Of a stretch of DNA of 64,000 bases, positions 8,112 through 18,414 are shown piece after piece. The notes under the pieces were generated by a model. That model did not search any database and was not told the DNA's origin. It worked only from the letters and a program-made list of their open reading frames with translations. The position numbers and the translations under genes were made by a program. How positions within the stretch are numbered: the stretch's first letter is position 1; every line of letters starts with the position of its first letter. Where the stretch lies: IMG/VR virus record IMGVR_UViG_3300025018_000148, positions 7,094 to 71,093 of that record; one strand, given 5' to 3'. Origin of the DNA: a virus. Its lineage: Duplodnaviria; Caudoviricetes.

Positions 8112-8414
8112 TCAGTTGTCGGGGAGTTTGTAGACGGAGATGTCCACGTCGGGGGTGGTGGAACCGGTCGTGGTCGTCTTCAGCGGCACGTCGTCCGTGA
8201 TCCCGTCCACGACGAAGCGGGCAGCAGCCGTGGCGGACACGTCGTTCCCTGCGGTGTCTTTGAGCGTGATCCCATGTTGGGAGACCACGATGGTTCCCAA
8301 ACCGAAACTGGCTGCATCCGAACCAATGACGATAAGGTGTTTGCCGCGTTGAGCGGGAGTGAACAGGGTCACCCCCGCTCCGTTGCCTGTGATTGTTCCT
8401 TTGACTGCACTCAT
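8112..8414 (-). CDS. Small beta-rich protein, possible virion decoration/accessory protein
   Basis: 100 aa, Thr/Gly/Val-rich, followed by a terminator; start refined to ATG 8414. Confidence 0.6.
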   Translation of the reverse strand: MSAVKGTITGNGAGVTLFTPAQRGKHLIVIGSDAASFGLGTIVVSQHGITLKDTAGNDVSATAAARFVVDGITDDVPLKTTTTGSTTPDVDISVYKLPDN

Positions 8415-8426
8415 ACTAGTATGTTG

Positions 8427-8470
8427 GGTTTGGTTGGTTTGGTTTGGTTTGGTTTGGTTTGGTTTGGTTT
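8427..8470 (-). repeat. Pentanucleotide microsatellite (AAACC)n in the 5' leader
   Basis: 7 perfect ggttt copies at 8436-8470 plus ggttt/ggtt at 8427-8435. Confidence 0.95.
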
Positions 8471-8528
8471 CCTTTTCTTGTTGCAACAAGGAGACTAACA
8501 ATAATCTAAGGGGTCTTCCCGGTCAAGA

Positions 8529-11500
8529 TCAGAAGTTGTCGTCCTCGGAGAGTTGCTGCACCGGGGGGACCAGTTGCAGGGCTTCCCGGAACAATGCGAT
8601 CCGGTCTTGATTGAGTTCTCGTCCGTTCTGGGTGGCAATGGTGTAAGTCTCCTTGGTCGGCATGTAGCGCCGGTATTGGTTGGAGAGGATGTCGGCAATC
8701 GCGTCATCTCCGAGTTTGCTCGATTGAAGTTCCCGGACAACGTCCCCCTTGGTCATGGTCCCCAGACGAATCGCGGCAACAGCCTTCCGACGAATCCTCA
8801 AGTATGCGTCCTTCATCTTATCGTTCGCCCGCACATACGAGGAAATGATCTCATCGTTGCTCTGGGTCCCCGGCGATTTGAAGACACGAGTGAACTCGGA
8901 AGCCGCCTGCCGCTGATCGTATTTGAATGCTCTCGCACCCCAAGAAAGATTGGACTCGGAGTTGGTCGAGGACTTTTTGATACCGAAGGCTGCGGACACG
9001 AACTCGTTGGCGAAGTTGTAGCTCCGACCGGCTTGGGACACTTCCTCGTTCCACCCCTTCATGATGCGACGGATCGAAGCGAGGGACCCCGGTTCGAGGG
9101 CGCTCTCGTAGATGTGTTGAAGGGAGAGTTTGGCTTTGCGAAGAAGCGGGTCGGTTGTGTCATAGACATTGCCCCCCGATTTTTCCACGCCCCGAGCGAT
9201 GTCAATCAAAGCCCCGAAGAAGATCTGCTCCTTGGCGACCGGGTCGATCAACTCGGAGAGGGTTTCCGTAATGGTCTCAGGGACTCCCGAGTCGGGGTCT
9301 TTCATGCCCCGGATGAAGGCACGAACCGGGCGAGCCCAAACATCGTAGGGGTTCATATAGGAGAGGTTGAAGTAATCAATGTCGCCATTGGCTTCCCTCC
9401 CCATCATGACGAAAGTGGAGTTGGTCTCCCAGTAGGGAAGTTGCTGGCGGAGATCTTCTTCGTCTTCCTCGTCCCAACCCGACTGGGCTCGGGCGAGAGC
9501 CACGATGCCGTAGAGTCCTGCCGTAGCGAGAGCGAAGCCGGTGAGCCGCGAAACCCCGGCAGCGACCAGGGCACCATTGTTGGTCTTCAGACCTTCAGCG
9601 ACGTGCGACAGACCCGTGCGGAGGATTCCCGCAGAGGTCCGGTAAACTTCGGCGGGGAAGGTGATGTATGGCGCAAGGAAAGGCATGAGTCGGATCGCTC
9701 TCACCAGTTCGGGAGCTTGCGAGTAAGTGGGCATGGTTGCCCGAACAATCTTGGCGGCTTCTTCCTCGATCTCGGAGCGAGTTGCGTTCGGGCGAAACTT
9801 CTCCACTCGCTTCAACTCGTTCTCGAAGTTCACGATTTTCCAGAAGTCGTCTTGCGACCCATAGAATCTTGTGGCGGATTCGAAACCTTTTCCGACGAGT
9901 CGAGAGAGCAGGGTCTTTTCCATCATCTTCTCGACGAACGTCACCGCTTTCTTCTTCGAGGAGAACCCTTGGGTCAGTTCAGAGATCAACGACTCGGTCA
10001 CCGATTCGCCGATCACGTTCAACTCGACCAAACGGATGATCCTTTCGCGGATAGCCTTGGGTCCCCGGTTGCTGAGATTCACGAAGTCATCGACGATGGC
10101 AGTCTTGATCTGCCACGGAGATCTCCAACCGAGGTTGCCGTTGGCGACGGTAGGGATGATGTTCCCCCAGAAGTTTCTCCACGCCGACTGCCACGACAAC
10201 ACGGTCTTGGTCGCCATCGAATACCCGGTCAAGCTCTGGAAGAACTTCAGCCACGCCGGACGGGACTGGTCAGACATGGTCTGAGCAAGAGCATCCCGGA
10301 GAGCCGGGGGTCCGTAGAGTCCGGACAGAGGAGTGAACCGGACATCCGGGGTATTGTTGAACCGACCCGTCATGCCGTTGTTCGTGAGGAGCGGCACCAA
10401 CCGGTTTCCTTGCCCATCATACTGGGAGTTCTCAGATACCCAGCCCTCCTTGACTCCGAGATCCCGGATCTCTTGGAAGAATTTCTGGGTGGCGAGGAAC
10501 TGGGTCACGGCTCCCAGAGACTTGGCGGCATTGATGATCGGATCGTCATACTCGCCCCACAGTTCGCGGATCTCCGGAGGGATCGTGCCCCGTTGCATGA
10601 GCGTGTTGACCTCCTTCGACACGGTCGCGCCTTGGAGGATGTTCTTGACGCCGAAGTCGGCGACAGAGAGATAGTCGTGGAACTTCTCCCGGACCATGTC
10701 GTCGGTCACTGCCGCTTGCGCCTGAGCGAGAGCCGCAGGTCCGGTGGCGGCACCCGAGGCAATGAGCTTTGCCTGCTCTTCCGCGATCAATTCCGCACGG
10801 ATGAAGTTGAGCGACTTGTTGCGGATCGTGGAGGCTTCGGCATCCTCCGAGAGCAGCCAGTCCACGTAGTTGTCCTGATCGAAGATCTTGTAGGAACGGT
10901 GCAACCAGAGCCCCTCATTCTCGTGGATGGTTGCCTTCAGATCTCCGGAGATCAGACCGTCGCGTTGGAGTTCTTTCGAGAGCAGGTCGATCTGTTGGCG
11001 CATGTCCCGAAGCACATCCACAAGATCTTTAGGGAGTTGGTTGTTCAGGATGTCATCCTGCCGCACCCGAGCTTGTTGGCGAATGCGGGCGCGAGCTTGC
11101 TTCTCGTAGTTCTCGGCCCGCAGCTTGTAGGCTTTGACATCGAGATCGAACTGCTCCTTCGCAGTCTCCCGGAGCTTGGCAGCTTGGTCGGCGAGGGAGC
11201 GATTGCCGGTAGTCGTCGCTCGGGTATCAAGGCTCTTCGCTCTCTGGCGAGCCTTGAGGTAATCCGACTTGGCTTGGGCGAGTCCGCTCTTCCGGATCTG
11301 CCGGGAGAAATCTTCGTCGGCGAGAGTCAGCCGGTTGTCGGTGTTACCGAGAGCCTCGTTCACGAGAGCCGTGGGCCATTTATCCTCGGGGCCGAAGTGC
11401 TTCTTCATCAAGCTCCGGACCTCCGCATGGAAGAACTCAGCACGCTTCATGGAGGCGTTCACCCGCCCCCGAGATTTCTCAAGCTGCTCGAACAGGCGAC

Positions 11501-14500
11501 GATCCCAGCGGAAGGCCGCAGAGAACCACCCCCCTTGATTGTATCCCTTGGTCTTCCCGGAGTTGTAGAGCGGGACACGTTGTTGTCTCCCCCACGGAGA
11601 GGCGTCCAGAGGGACCGACCTCGTTTGCCCGGTTTCGATCTCCCGCCCTAGCAGGGCATTGTATACGGTGGTGGGAGTGGGGGCTCCTTCGGAAGGGTTG
11701 AACGGGATCTCTCCCCGGTCAATGTGGAGCTTCCGATTCTCCATGACCCAGAGAGCCTTGGACACCCGATCCATGAAGGAGTGCAGAGCCGGATCGCGTC
11801 GAACGCGAACCCATTCCCTGAGCCTGCGGAGCACGGAGCGAAGGTAGAAGGTAGCCCGTCGAAACACGCCGGGATTCATGGACAGGAAGCCAAGGGTCTC
11901 CTCGGTCGTGTGCCCCGTCCTGAGCCTTTCATAGGTCATCCGGAGTGCTTCGTGCCCCAGACGATAAAGTCGCGTCTGACGCTGCGCAGGCGTCAAGCGT
12001 GGGTCGTTGCCGGTGAAGTCGATCAAAGCCTGTTGGTAGTCCCGGTCGCTGGGATACGCCGACCGATGAAGGTAGTTGCGGGCGACATCGAGTCGCTCGT
12101 CAAGTGACATCTGGTTGGCATGTGCGATCACCTCGGCGTCCCCAAGTTCTTGGGTGGCACCAAGGTGGACAGTCTCGTGAATGAAGATCTTCTCAATGGC
12201 GTGGGCGGCATCCTGCGGATACATGCCCTCCGTCATTTCCGAAAGCATGTCGGGGTTGAAGATGAGTTGCCTTCCCACGGTGCGGGCGGGAACGGGGACG
12301 GTGCGGTCGAGTCGGGTAGGCACGTTGGGATACCGAATGCGAGCCCGCTCAAGAAGCGCATTGGTCACTTCCGACCATTCCCCGCCACGAGTATACTGAG
12401 TCTGTTGGGGAGAATCACCGGTCGGGCTTGCATTGAGAGGCGTGTTCTTTCCGCGAGCAGAATGAAGATTGCCTCGGGTGCGAAGAAAAGTGTCCGTGGC
12501 TTCGATGAAGAGATACTCTTCTTTCGCAGTCATGGATCTCGTGGTGTCCCCGTCTTCTTGGGTGACGATCCATACTTCGGAATTCGTTCTCTCGTTGTAG
12601 TCGAGGAGCATGTCGATCCGGTCACTCACTGCTTGCTGGCGGGCGTCACGCATCTCTCCGGCGATCCGTTCAAGAGCATCTTTGTTCCTGATCGAGTCTT
12701 CGTCGAAGTTGTCGGTCACGGAGGAATACACCGATCCGTAGTCCCACTGCCCATCTTCGTAGGTAGCCCAAACAATGTCGCCGTCCGGAGTCTTGAAGAG
12801 ATTGGTTCCGGGGATGGAGGAAGTTTCGAAATCTCCGTCGTCGCGGACACGGACCAAGGTCAAGGGCTTCTTGTCCTCAAGGTATGCTTCCGACTCCTGC
12901 ACGGAATCCGTGTTGAACATCTCCTCCCTCACCTCTGCCACGGTGCGAGCCGTGGGATTGGAGGTAGGACTGGCGTCCAAGGGTGTGGTGTTTCGGTTCG
13001 CGATCTCCGGGAACACATCGACCGGGAGAAGGGTGGTGACCCCGGTCGTGTTGCCGGTGAATCGGAAAGTCTTCCCGGTCGAGGACACGTTGGAGACGAT
13101 CCCGAGTCTCTCGGCAGAGACGAGGGCAAGCATTCTTGCGGCATTCTCTTGAGGATCGGTTTCGTCAATGGGAAGGAAGGTGGCAGAGCGCACTTGGCGA
13201 CCCCGGCTATTCTTGGTGTCTTCCAGAAGTCGCAGCACCTTGTCGAAAGCCATGCGCTGCGTTCCGCTCATCATCGCTTTTTGACGATTACGCTCATCCA
13301 TGAGTTCCCCGAAGGTGACTCCGGTCAGGAAATCGTTGATCGATTTGAAGGGTTCAGGTGCAGTTTCCGGAGTCACCTCGGGAGCCGGGTTCGTGACAGA
13401 GTGGATCTCGATGGCATCGAGCCCCGAAGTGTAGAAGCTAACCCCGCTGGGTCCCTCTCCTCGCTGCAACTCCATCACTCGGGCCGGACGTTTGGCGAAG
13501 GTGACGGTGGCACGGAGGTTGCCATCCTTGAGCTTGTTGACCGCGACTCGCGCAGGGCGCTCTCCGTCCGGGTCCACGTAGCGGTCTTTCAACGCATCCC
13601 GAAGGTCGGAGGACACGTTCGTCACCGAGCCGGTCAAAGTGATCTCACTGCGATCCTCGGTCTGCCTGAAGCGGGCATTGGTGGCACCCGTAAGACCGAA
13701 AGAATATTCTTGAGCCTCGGGCTCTTGAACGGTATCGGGCTCGGGGGTCACCTCGGCTTCGGTCTCCGGGGCTTCGAAAGAAGCAAGCTCGTTGCGGTCG
13801 AGGAGGTCTTCGATGGTCTCCGGTTCGAAGTCCTCCTCGGAGTCAGCGGTAGCTTCTTCCTTCGTCAGGAACAGGACATCGATGGCAACAGCCTCTCCTT
13901 TTTCATTCACGATGAAATTTTGCGGAGTCACTTCCTCCATCAGGATAACCCCATCGGGGGTCTGCCACACGGTCCCGGAACGATTCCACTCGCTCCAACC
14001 CTGTTTCTCAAGCAGGTTCCTCAGTTCGAGGGGGCTCTCGGGGTGACGACCTTCGACGAACGGTTGAGAGGTAACCATTCGCCCATCTGGAAGAAGTCCC
14101 TCGACTCGAATGTCATCCCCCCACATGACATTCTGAGCTTCGAGACGAACCAAGTATTTGCGGAGGTTCCGCGACTTGCCGTAGTCGGGGCGACGGAGGA
14201 CTTTCCAGACCCGACCGGTCGAGTAATCGTTCCAGACTTCGTGCTCCTCGCCACTGGTGTAGTCGGGCTTGTCGGGGTCCATTCCAGCCGGAAGCCCCGG
14301 CAAGATCTTCAGCCCTCCTCGCTGGGCTTCTGAGGACCTCCGAAGCGGCGATTCGACTCCTCCGCCTGCTTCTTCATTTGTTCGGCGGAGACTCTCGACG
14401 ACTTCGGTCGGGCGGGGATTGTCACTCCCCGAATTACTCTTGAGCCAGTCTCGGAAGAAGCGGGGGGACGCTGGGGAGGTGCTGCCGTCCGCAAGGATTC

Positions 14501-17500
14501 GACTGCTCTCTTCGCCCAACTCTTGTTTGACTCCCCAAGATTCCTGCGAGGCAAGCTGCGGGAGAACACTGGGGTCAGGGAACTTTTGTTTGATGGATTC
14601 GACGGTGGTGTCGAATCCGAAGGGGAGGATGGGTTCTTTTGCATTGTTGGGGTTCCCTCTGTTGGATTTGGTGTTGACGGTGGTGAAGGTCGAGACATCG
14701 AAGAGCGCGTCTTGGTCAGCGGCAATCGAGATCTCGACCGCAGTGTCGAAGTTGATGATGGGGAAAGAAACGTCGAGCACAAAGCGGTTGGTGTCGATGT
14801 CGAACCACCCTCCGAGTTGCGCTCCCGGAATGTCGAACATATCTGCGTGCTGCTCTAAGTAAGCTTCGAGATCCGCATCCGAGAAGTCCTCGTTCACGAA
14901 CGCCCCCGTCGCTTTCGAGGGTGCGACGAGGTAGCCAATCGTGGCGAAACTTCCGTCCGGTCCCACGGTGAATCCGTCCTTCGATTCCCGGATGATCGCC
15001 GCGAGAGCGGAGGAATTGGATTTGAAGTCTTGGAATCTCGATGGGGCGGGCGGGTTGGTTTCAGAATCCGATACCACAGATTCTTGGGTTTGTCCAGCAG
15101 AACTTTCCGGGCTTCCGGTTCCCTCGGGGGCTACCGAAGGAAGTCTTGGACGGCTTTGCGTTGGGCTGCTTCCGGAAGGAGTTGCAGTCTCAGCCTTTCT
15201 TTGAGAGGCAGTTTGCGAAGAACGTCTTTCCACTCGGGAGAGGTCTGCGAGGACTTCGTCGAGGAGTTCTTCGACTCGTTGCCTGACGTTGGGGTTTTTG
15301 GTTTCATTGTAGATTTGTTCCCTCAGATTGTTTAGTTCATCGACGGCGGCACCAAGTTCCTCGGGAGTCGCTTCGACATCCTCGTCCGTGGTGAGCTTCA
15401 GTAGGTTGGGTTTGTTGATCAGGTGCCGGGTGAGAGACTGTTCGAAGATACGAGCGTCCCGCTCATACTGCTCGGCAGTGTATTCTTGCTGCTGGTTGAA
15501 ACGGTCAATTCCCTCGCGAACTTCCGCCCGCACTTCCGGGATGTCCTGCACCTCTTCGAAGCGGGGATACTCGATGGCGATCTCGGCTCCTTGTCGAGCC
15601 CGCAATTCGAGACCAACTGTGATGGCGTCGTCCCCTTCGATGGTGAACTCCTTGCCGGTCTCCCGGTCTTTCAGGGTCATCGACGGGGTGTCTCCGGTGA
15701 AGTCGGACGCCACGAAGCCGGACACGGTGGAACGCTTTCCTCCGGGGGTCGAGGCGAAACGGTTCGTCACGACTGCGCCATCTTTCCTCACGAATGCCGT
15801 TCTTGGCGTTCTCGTGCGGCTGGAGACCGGGGTAGCCAGTTTCCGCCCTCCCACCTCGGAGATGATCTGGGCGGCTTGTGCGTCGTCCTGCTCGGCGCTT
15901 TCGTCCAAGGACACCGAGAACTCGCTTTCGGAGAATTTCTGGTCCGGGTTTTTCCCGACGATGATGGGAGGAGCCGTGGGTCCCCGGTCGAGGAGGACCG
16001 TCCCGTCTTCTTCGATGACCAAGGTTCCCGTCTCCCCCTCAACACGCACCGGTCGTCCCTCAACTGCGCGGAAAGTGGGCTCGGCCTTGGTGGGGGTGAC
16101 CGGCGTGACTCCCCCGGCAGCGGGCACGTCTGTTGCGGTCCCGGAAGAAGGAGTCTCGACACCATCAACAATCTCGGTTGTTACTTCACGTTCACGAGCT
16201 TCTTCGATGACTTGCTCAAAGGACACCGGAGTGTTCTTGTATCGGTCGTTGATCGTGCTGACAACCTTGGTTCTCGCTTCCGTGGCGTCCATGCCCTCGG
16301 CGACCAGTTCAGCAACAGCCCGGTTGCCGGTGGCAACCGGGTCATACTCGGCACCCGGAGTGACCGTCGCGTTCAACAGGTTCGAGATCTCGTCCCGTCG
16401 CGCCTTCAACTTCGTCGTGTCCGTGTTCGGTTCGGCTTGATCGATCTGCTGTTCGATCTGGTCGAGTTCGTCGATCAAAGAAGTGACACGAGCTTCCGCT
16501 GCATCGAACACCCGGTTGCCTGCCACTTCGACTTCCCGGACGTTGGCTTTTTCAAGAGCGTCGGCAGTCTGAGTCAGACCGGCTTCCCGGAGTTCCTCGA
16601 CCTTGCGTCTCCGAGCATCCATTTCGGGGGACCGCAGAATCGCTTCGTTGGTGCGGGCAGCAAAAGACTCGAAGGCATTGGTGGGGAGTTCCACGGCTCC
16701 CCCGATGACGGCACCGGCAGTCCCGGCGAAGAGGGTGTTCTTCCACCAGTCCTCCCACGTCATGTCCGGGTTGCTGATAAGGGCATCGAGACCCCCGTTG
16801 ATCCCTTCGTCCAAGGCTTCCTCCAGACCTTCCGAGAGACCCCCTGCGGTGACGCGACCTGCAAAGGCCAAAGTATTTGCGGCACCGTCACTCAGTTCGG
16901 TCTTGAACTCTTTCGCGGCATACTTCTTGATTTGATCGGAAAGAGTCTTCCGAGCCGCAGGATTGTTGGCGACTGTGTTGAGACGAGCGATACCCTCGAT
17001 CCCTCGAAGACCGAAGACGCTCGTGATCGCAGCGGTGATGACTCCCGTCCGGGTTGCATCGAGCAGACCTCGTTGTCTCGCCTCGGCTTCGAGTTCTTCC
17101 CCGGCGAGACCCTGCGCGGCGAGTTCGCTCCGATGTCGTTCGTAGTTCTCGTAGAAAGCGGGACCGGCAGAAGAGGCTCCGGCAAGGGCGATTGCCATGG
17201 GTTTCTGGAGCAGGTCGAGATACTCACCCGTAGCCAGTTTCTTGGTCGGACTCTTTGCGAGGAGACTCTTGGCAAGTTGCGCAGATACCTGCTTCTTCAC
17301 CCCCTTCTTGGCGGCTTGAGCAGCCACCTGTTTTGCGACGGTCACGGTTCCCCCGGACAGCATGGTGGTGGCAATCTGAACGAAGGCATTGGCAGCGGGG
17401 TCGATCAACTTCCCGGCTCCCTCCAGCCCTCCGAGCAATTCGATTCGGGCACTGGCGCTTTGCTTGGCTGCGGAAGTCTCACCGAGAAACCCCATGGAGG

Positions 17501-18410
17501 TGTCCTCGACAATTCCCCCGAGGCGATCCGCCCCAACTTTCTTGAGCCCTTGCCCTGCGAGAATCCCCAGATACCCGGCACCCTCGGCACCGGAGAGGAG
17601 TCCACTTCCGAAAGCCTCGAATCCCTTCTCCCAATCTCCACGGTTGGATTTCTGAAAGGCTTCGATGACATCCCCATTGGTGGCTTCCGGATTGGTAGCC
17701 GCGTATTCTTTGGCAAAACCTCTGAAGGAAGTGAGACCTTTGAAACTTCCAATATGTTCTTTTGCGAGATCCTCCCGAACACGAGTGAACCCGGCAAGGA
17801 CACGGGCTTTCTCCTCGTTGCGGGCTTCGGAGTTGTTCACGACTTCAAGAAACTTCTCCCGATCATAGTATAGCTTCGGGTTCACGAACAACTTGCCTTG
17901 CACGACTCCGTAGTCACGCTTCCCTTGCAAGGCTTCGTCCGCTCGGCGGGCTTCCTCCACCACTCCGGTTCTCCCCGCCTGTTTGTTGGCTCCCTTGGTG
18001 GCGAGGTAGATCCGGTCATCGGCAGCTTGCAACTCAGCGGACAAGTAGTCCTCGTCGTCTCCGAGGGTTCGGAACTTCAGGTTGTTGATCTCACGCTTCT
18101 CCCGCTCCGCAGCACGGACTTCCTCCAATGCGGCGAAGATGGGAGCAAGGTTGTCCTCCTTCTCTTCCTCCGCCATCTGAGAGAGGATCTCTTCAGGAGC
18201 CATGGGCTCTATCCCGAGGGCTTGCTGTCGCGCCTGCTTGACTCGAATGTCATGCCGGAGCTTGTCCTCAAGATTCCACTCTCCCGTGGAGTTCTTTTGA
18301 TCGAGGACATAATTCTCCCACTTTCGAATAGCATCGAGCCGGGTGTCGGCGTCTCCTTCTTGAAAGCGGGGGTCGTTCAGGACTTCGTCCAGCGGGATGA
18401 GGTCAGCCAT
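8529..18410 (-). CDS. Giant (3293 aa) internal virion/DNA-ejection polyvalent protein
   Basis: Last large gene of the tail module; Gly/Ala hydrophobic N-terminal region; kinase-like domain (GEEHEV..RVWK..RLEAQN..VTSQPFVEG..TPQNF..IDV); HETVH zincin motif; helical C-terminal region typical of podovirus internal proteins. Confidence 0.8.
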   Translation of the reverse strand: MADLIPLDEVLNDPRFQEGDADTRLDAIRKWENYVLDQKNSTGEWNLEDKLRHDIRVKQARQQALGIEPMAPEEILSQMAEEEKEDNLAPIFAALEEVRAAEREKREINNLKFRTLGDDEDYLSAELQAADDRIYLATKGANKQAGRTGVVEEARRADEALQGKRDYGVVQGKLFVNPKLYYDREKFLEVVNNSEARNEEKARVLAGFTRVREDLAKEHIGSFKGLTSFRGFAKEYAATNPEATNGDVIEAFQKSNRGDWEKGFEAFGSGLLSGAEGAGYLGILAGQGLKKVGADRLGGIVEDTSMGFLGETSAAKQSASARIELLGGLEGAGKLIDPAANAFVQIATTMLSGGTVTVAKQVAAQAAKKGVKKQVSAQLAKSLLAKSPTKKLATGEYLDLLQKPMAIALAGASSAGPAFYENYERHRSELAAQGLAGEELEAEARQRGLLDATRTGVITAAITSVFGLRGIEGIARLNTVANNPAARKTLSDQIKKYAAKEFKTELSDGAANTLAFAGRVTAGGLSEGLEEALDEGINGGLDALISNPDMTWEDWWKNTLFAGTAGAVIGGAVELPTNAFESFAARTNEAILRSPEMDARRRKVEELREAGLTQTADALEKANVREVEVAGNRVFDAAEARVTSLIDELDQIEQQIDQAEPNTDTTKLKARRDEISNLLNATVTPGAEYDPVATGNRAVAELVAEGMDATEARTKVVSTINDRYKNTPVSFEQVIEEAREREVTTEIVDGVETPSSGTATDVPAAGGVTPVTPTKAEPTFRAVEGRPVRVEGETGTLVIEEDGTVLLDRGPTAPPIIVGKNPDQKFSESEFSVSLDESAEQDDAQAAQIISEVGGRKLATPVSSRTRTPRTAFVRKDGAVVTNRFASTPGGKRSTVSGFVASDFTGDTPSMTLKDRETGKEFTIEGDDAITVGLELRARQGAEIAIEYPRFEEVQDIPEVRAEVREGIDRFNQQQEYTAEQYERDARIFEQSLTRHLINKPNLLKLTTDEDVEATPEELGAAVDELNNLREQIYNETKNPNVRQRVEELLDEVLADLSRVERRSSQTASQRKAETATPSGSSPTQSRPRLPSVAPEGTGSPESSAGQTQESVVSDSETNPPAPSRFQDFKSNSSALAAIIRESKDGFTVGPDGSFATIGYLVAPSKATGAFVNEDFSDADLEAYLEQHADMFDIPGAQLGGWFDIDTNRFVLDVSFPIINFDTAVEISIAADQDALFDVSTFTTVNTKSNRGNPNNAKEPILPFGFDTTVESIKQKFPDPSVLPQLASQESWGVKQELGEESSRILADGSTSPASPRFFRDWLKSNSGSDNPRPTEVVESLRRTNEEAGGGVESPLRRSSEAQRGGLKILPGLPAGMDPDKPDYTSGEEHEVWNDYSTGRVWKVLRRPDYGKSRNLRKYLVRLEAQNVMWGDDIRVEGLLPDGRMVTSQPFVEGRHPESPLELRNLLEKQGWSEWNRSGTVWQTPDGVILMEEVTPQNFIVNEKGEAVAIDVLFLTKEEATADSEEDFEPETIEDLLDRNELASFEAPETEAEVTPEPDTVQEPEAQEYSFGLTGATNARFRQTEDRSEITLTGSVTNVSSDLRDALKDRYVDPDGERPARVAVNKLKDGNLRATVTFAKRPARVMELQRGEGPSGVSFYTSGLDAIEIHSVTNPAPEVTPETAPEPFKSINDFLTGVTFGELMDERNRQKAMMSGTQRMAFDKVLRLLEDTKNSRGRQVRSATFLPIDETDPQENAARMLALVSAERLGIVSNVSSTGKTFRFTGNTTGVTTLLPVDVFPEIANRNTTPLDASPTSNPTARTVAEVREEMFNTDSVQESEAYLEDKKPLTLVRVRDDGDFETSSIPGTNLFKTPDGDIVWATYEDGQWDYGSVYSSVTDNFDEDSIRNKDALERIAGEMRDARQQAVSDRIDMLLDYNERTNSEVWIVTQEDGDTTRSMTAKEEYLFIEATDTFLRTRGNLHSARGKNTPLNASPTGDSPQQTQYTRGGEWSEVTNALLERARIRYPNVPTRLDRTVPVPARTVGRQLIFNPDMLSEMTEGMYPQDAAHAIEKIFIHETVHLGATQELGDAEVIAHANQMSLDERLDVARNYLHRSAYPSDRDYQQALIDFTGNDPRLTPAQRQTRLYRLGHEALRMTYERLRTGHTTEETLGFLSMNPGVFRRATFYLRSVLRRLREWVRVRRDPALHSFMDRVSKALWVMENRKLHIDRGEIPFNPSEGAPTPTTVYNALLGREIETGQTRSVPLDASPWGRQQRVPLYNSGKTKGYNQGGWFSAAFRWDRRLFEQLEKSRGRVNASMKRAEFFHAEVRSLMKKHFGPEDKWPTALVNEALGNTDNRLTLADEDFSRQIRKSGLAQAKSDYLKARQRAKSLDTRATTTGNRSLADQAAKLRETAKEQFDLDVKAYKLRAENYEKQARARIRQQARVRQDDILNNQLPKDLVDVLRDMRQQIDLLSKELQRDGLISGDLKATIHENEGLWLHRSYKIFDQDNYVDWLLSEDAEASTIRNKSLNFIRAELIAEEQAKLIASGAATGPAALAQAQAAVTDDMVREKFHDYLSVADFGVKNILQGATVSKEVNTLMQRGTIPPEIRELWGEYDDPIINAAKSLGAVTQFLATQKFFQEIRDLGVKEGWVSENSQYDGQGNRLVPLLTNNGMTGRFNNTPDVRFTPLSGLYGPPALRDALAQTMSDQSRPAWLKFFQSLTGYSMATKTVLSWQSAWRNFWGNIIPTVANGNLGWRSPWQIKTAIVDDFVNLSNRGPKAIRERIIRLVELNVIGESVTESLISELTQGFSSKKKAVTFVEKMMEKTLLSRLVGKGFESATRFYGSQDDFWKIVNFENELKRVEKFRPNATRSEIEEEAAKIVRATMPTYSQAPELVRAIRLMPFLAPYITFPAEVYRTSAGILRTGLSHVAEGLKTNNGALVAAGVSRLTGFALATAGLYGIVALARAQSGWDEEDEEDLRQQLPYWETNSTFVMMGREANGDIDYFNLSYMNPYDVWARPVRAFIRGMKDPDSGVPETITETLSELIDPVAKEQIFFGALIDIARGVEKSGGNVYDTTDPLLRKAKLSLQHIYESALEPGSLASIRRIMKGWNEEVSQAGRSYNFANEFVSAAFGIKKSSTNSESNLSWGARAFKYDQRQAASEFTRVFKSPGTQSNDEIISSYVRANDKMKDAYLRIRRKAVAAIRLGTMTKGDVVRELQSSKLGDDAIADILSNQYRRYMPTKETYTIATQNGRELNQDRIALFREALQLVPPVQQLSEDDNF

Positions 18411-18414
18411 GGGA

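Noticed and set aside
8553-17873. Very long + strand ORFs (8553-11651, 12120-14333, 15423-17873) and similar antisense ORFs over MCP, scaffold, portal, PolA and helicase
   Set aside because: They are codon-register mirrors of real minus-strand genes in GC-rich DNA; they have no recognisable motifs or leader context
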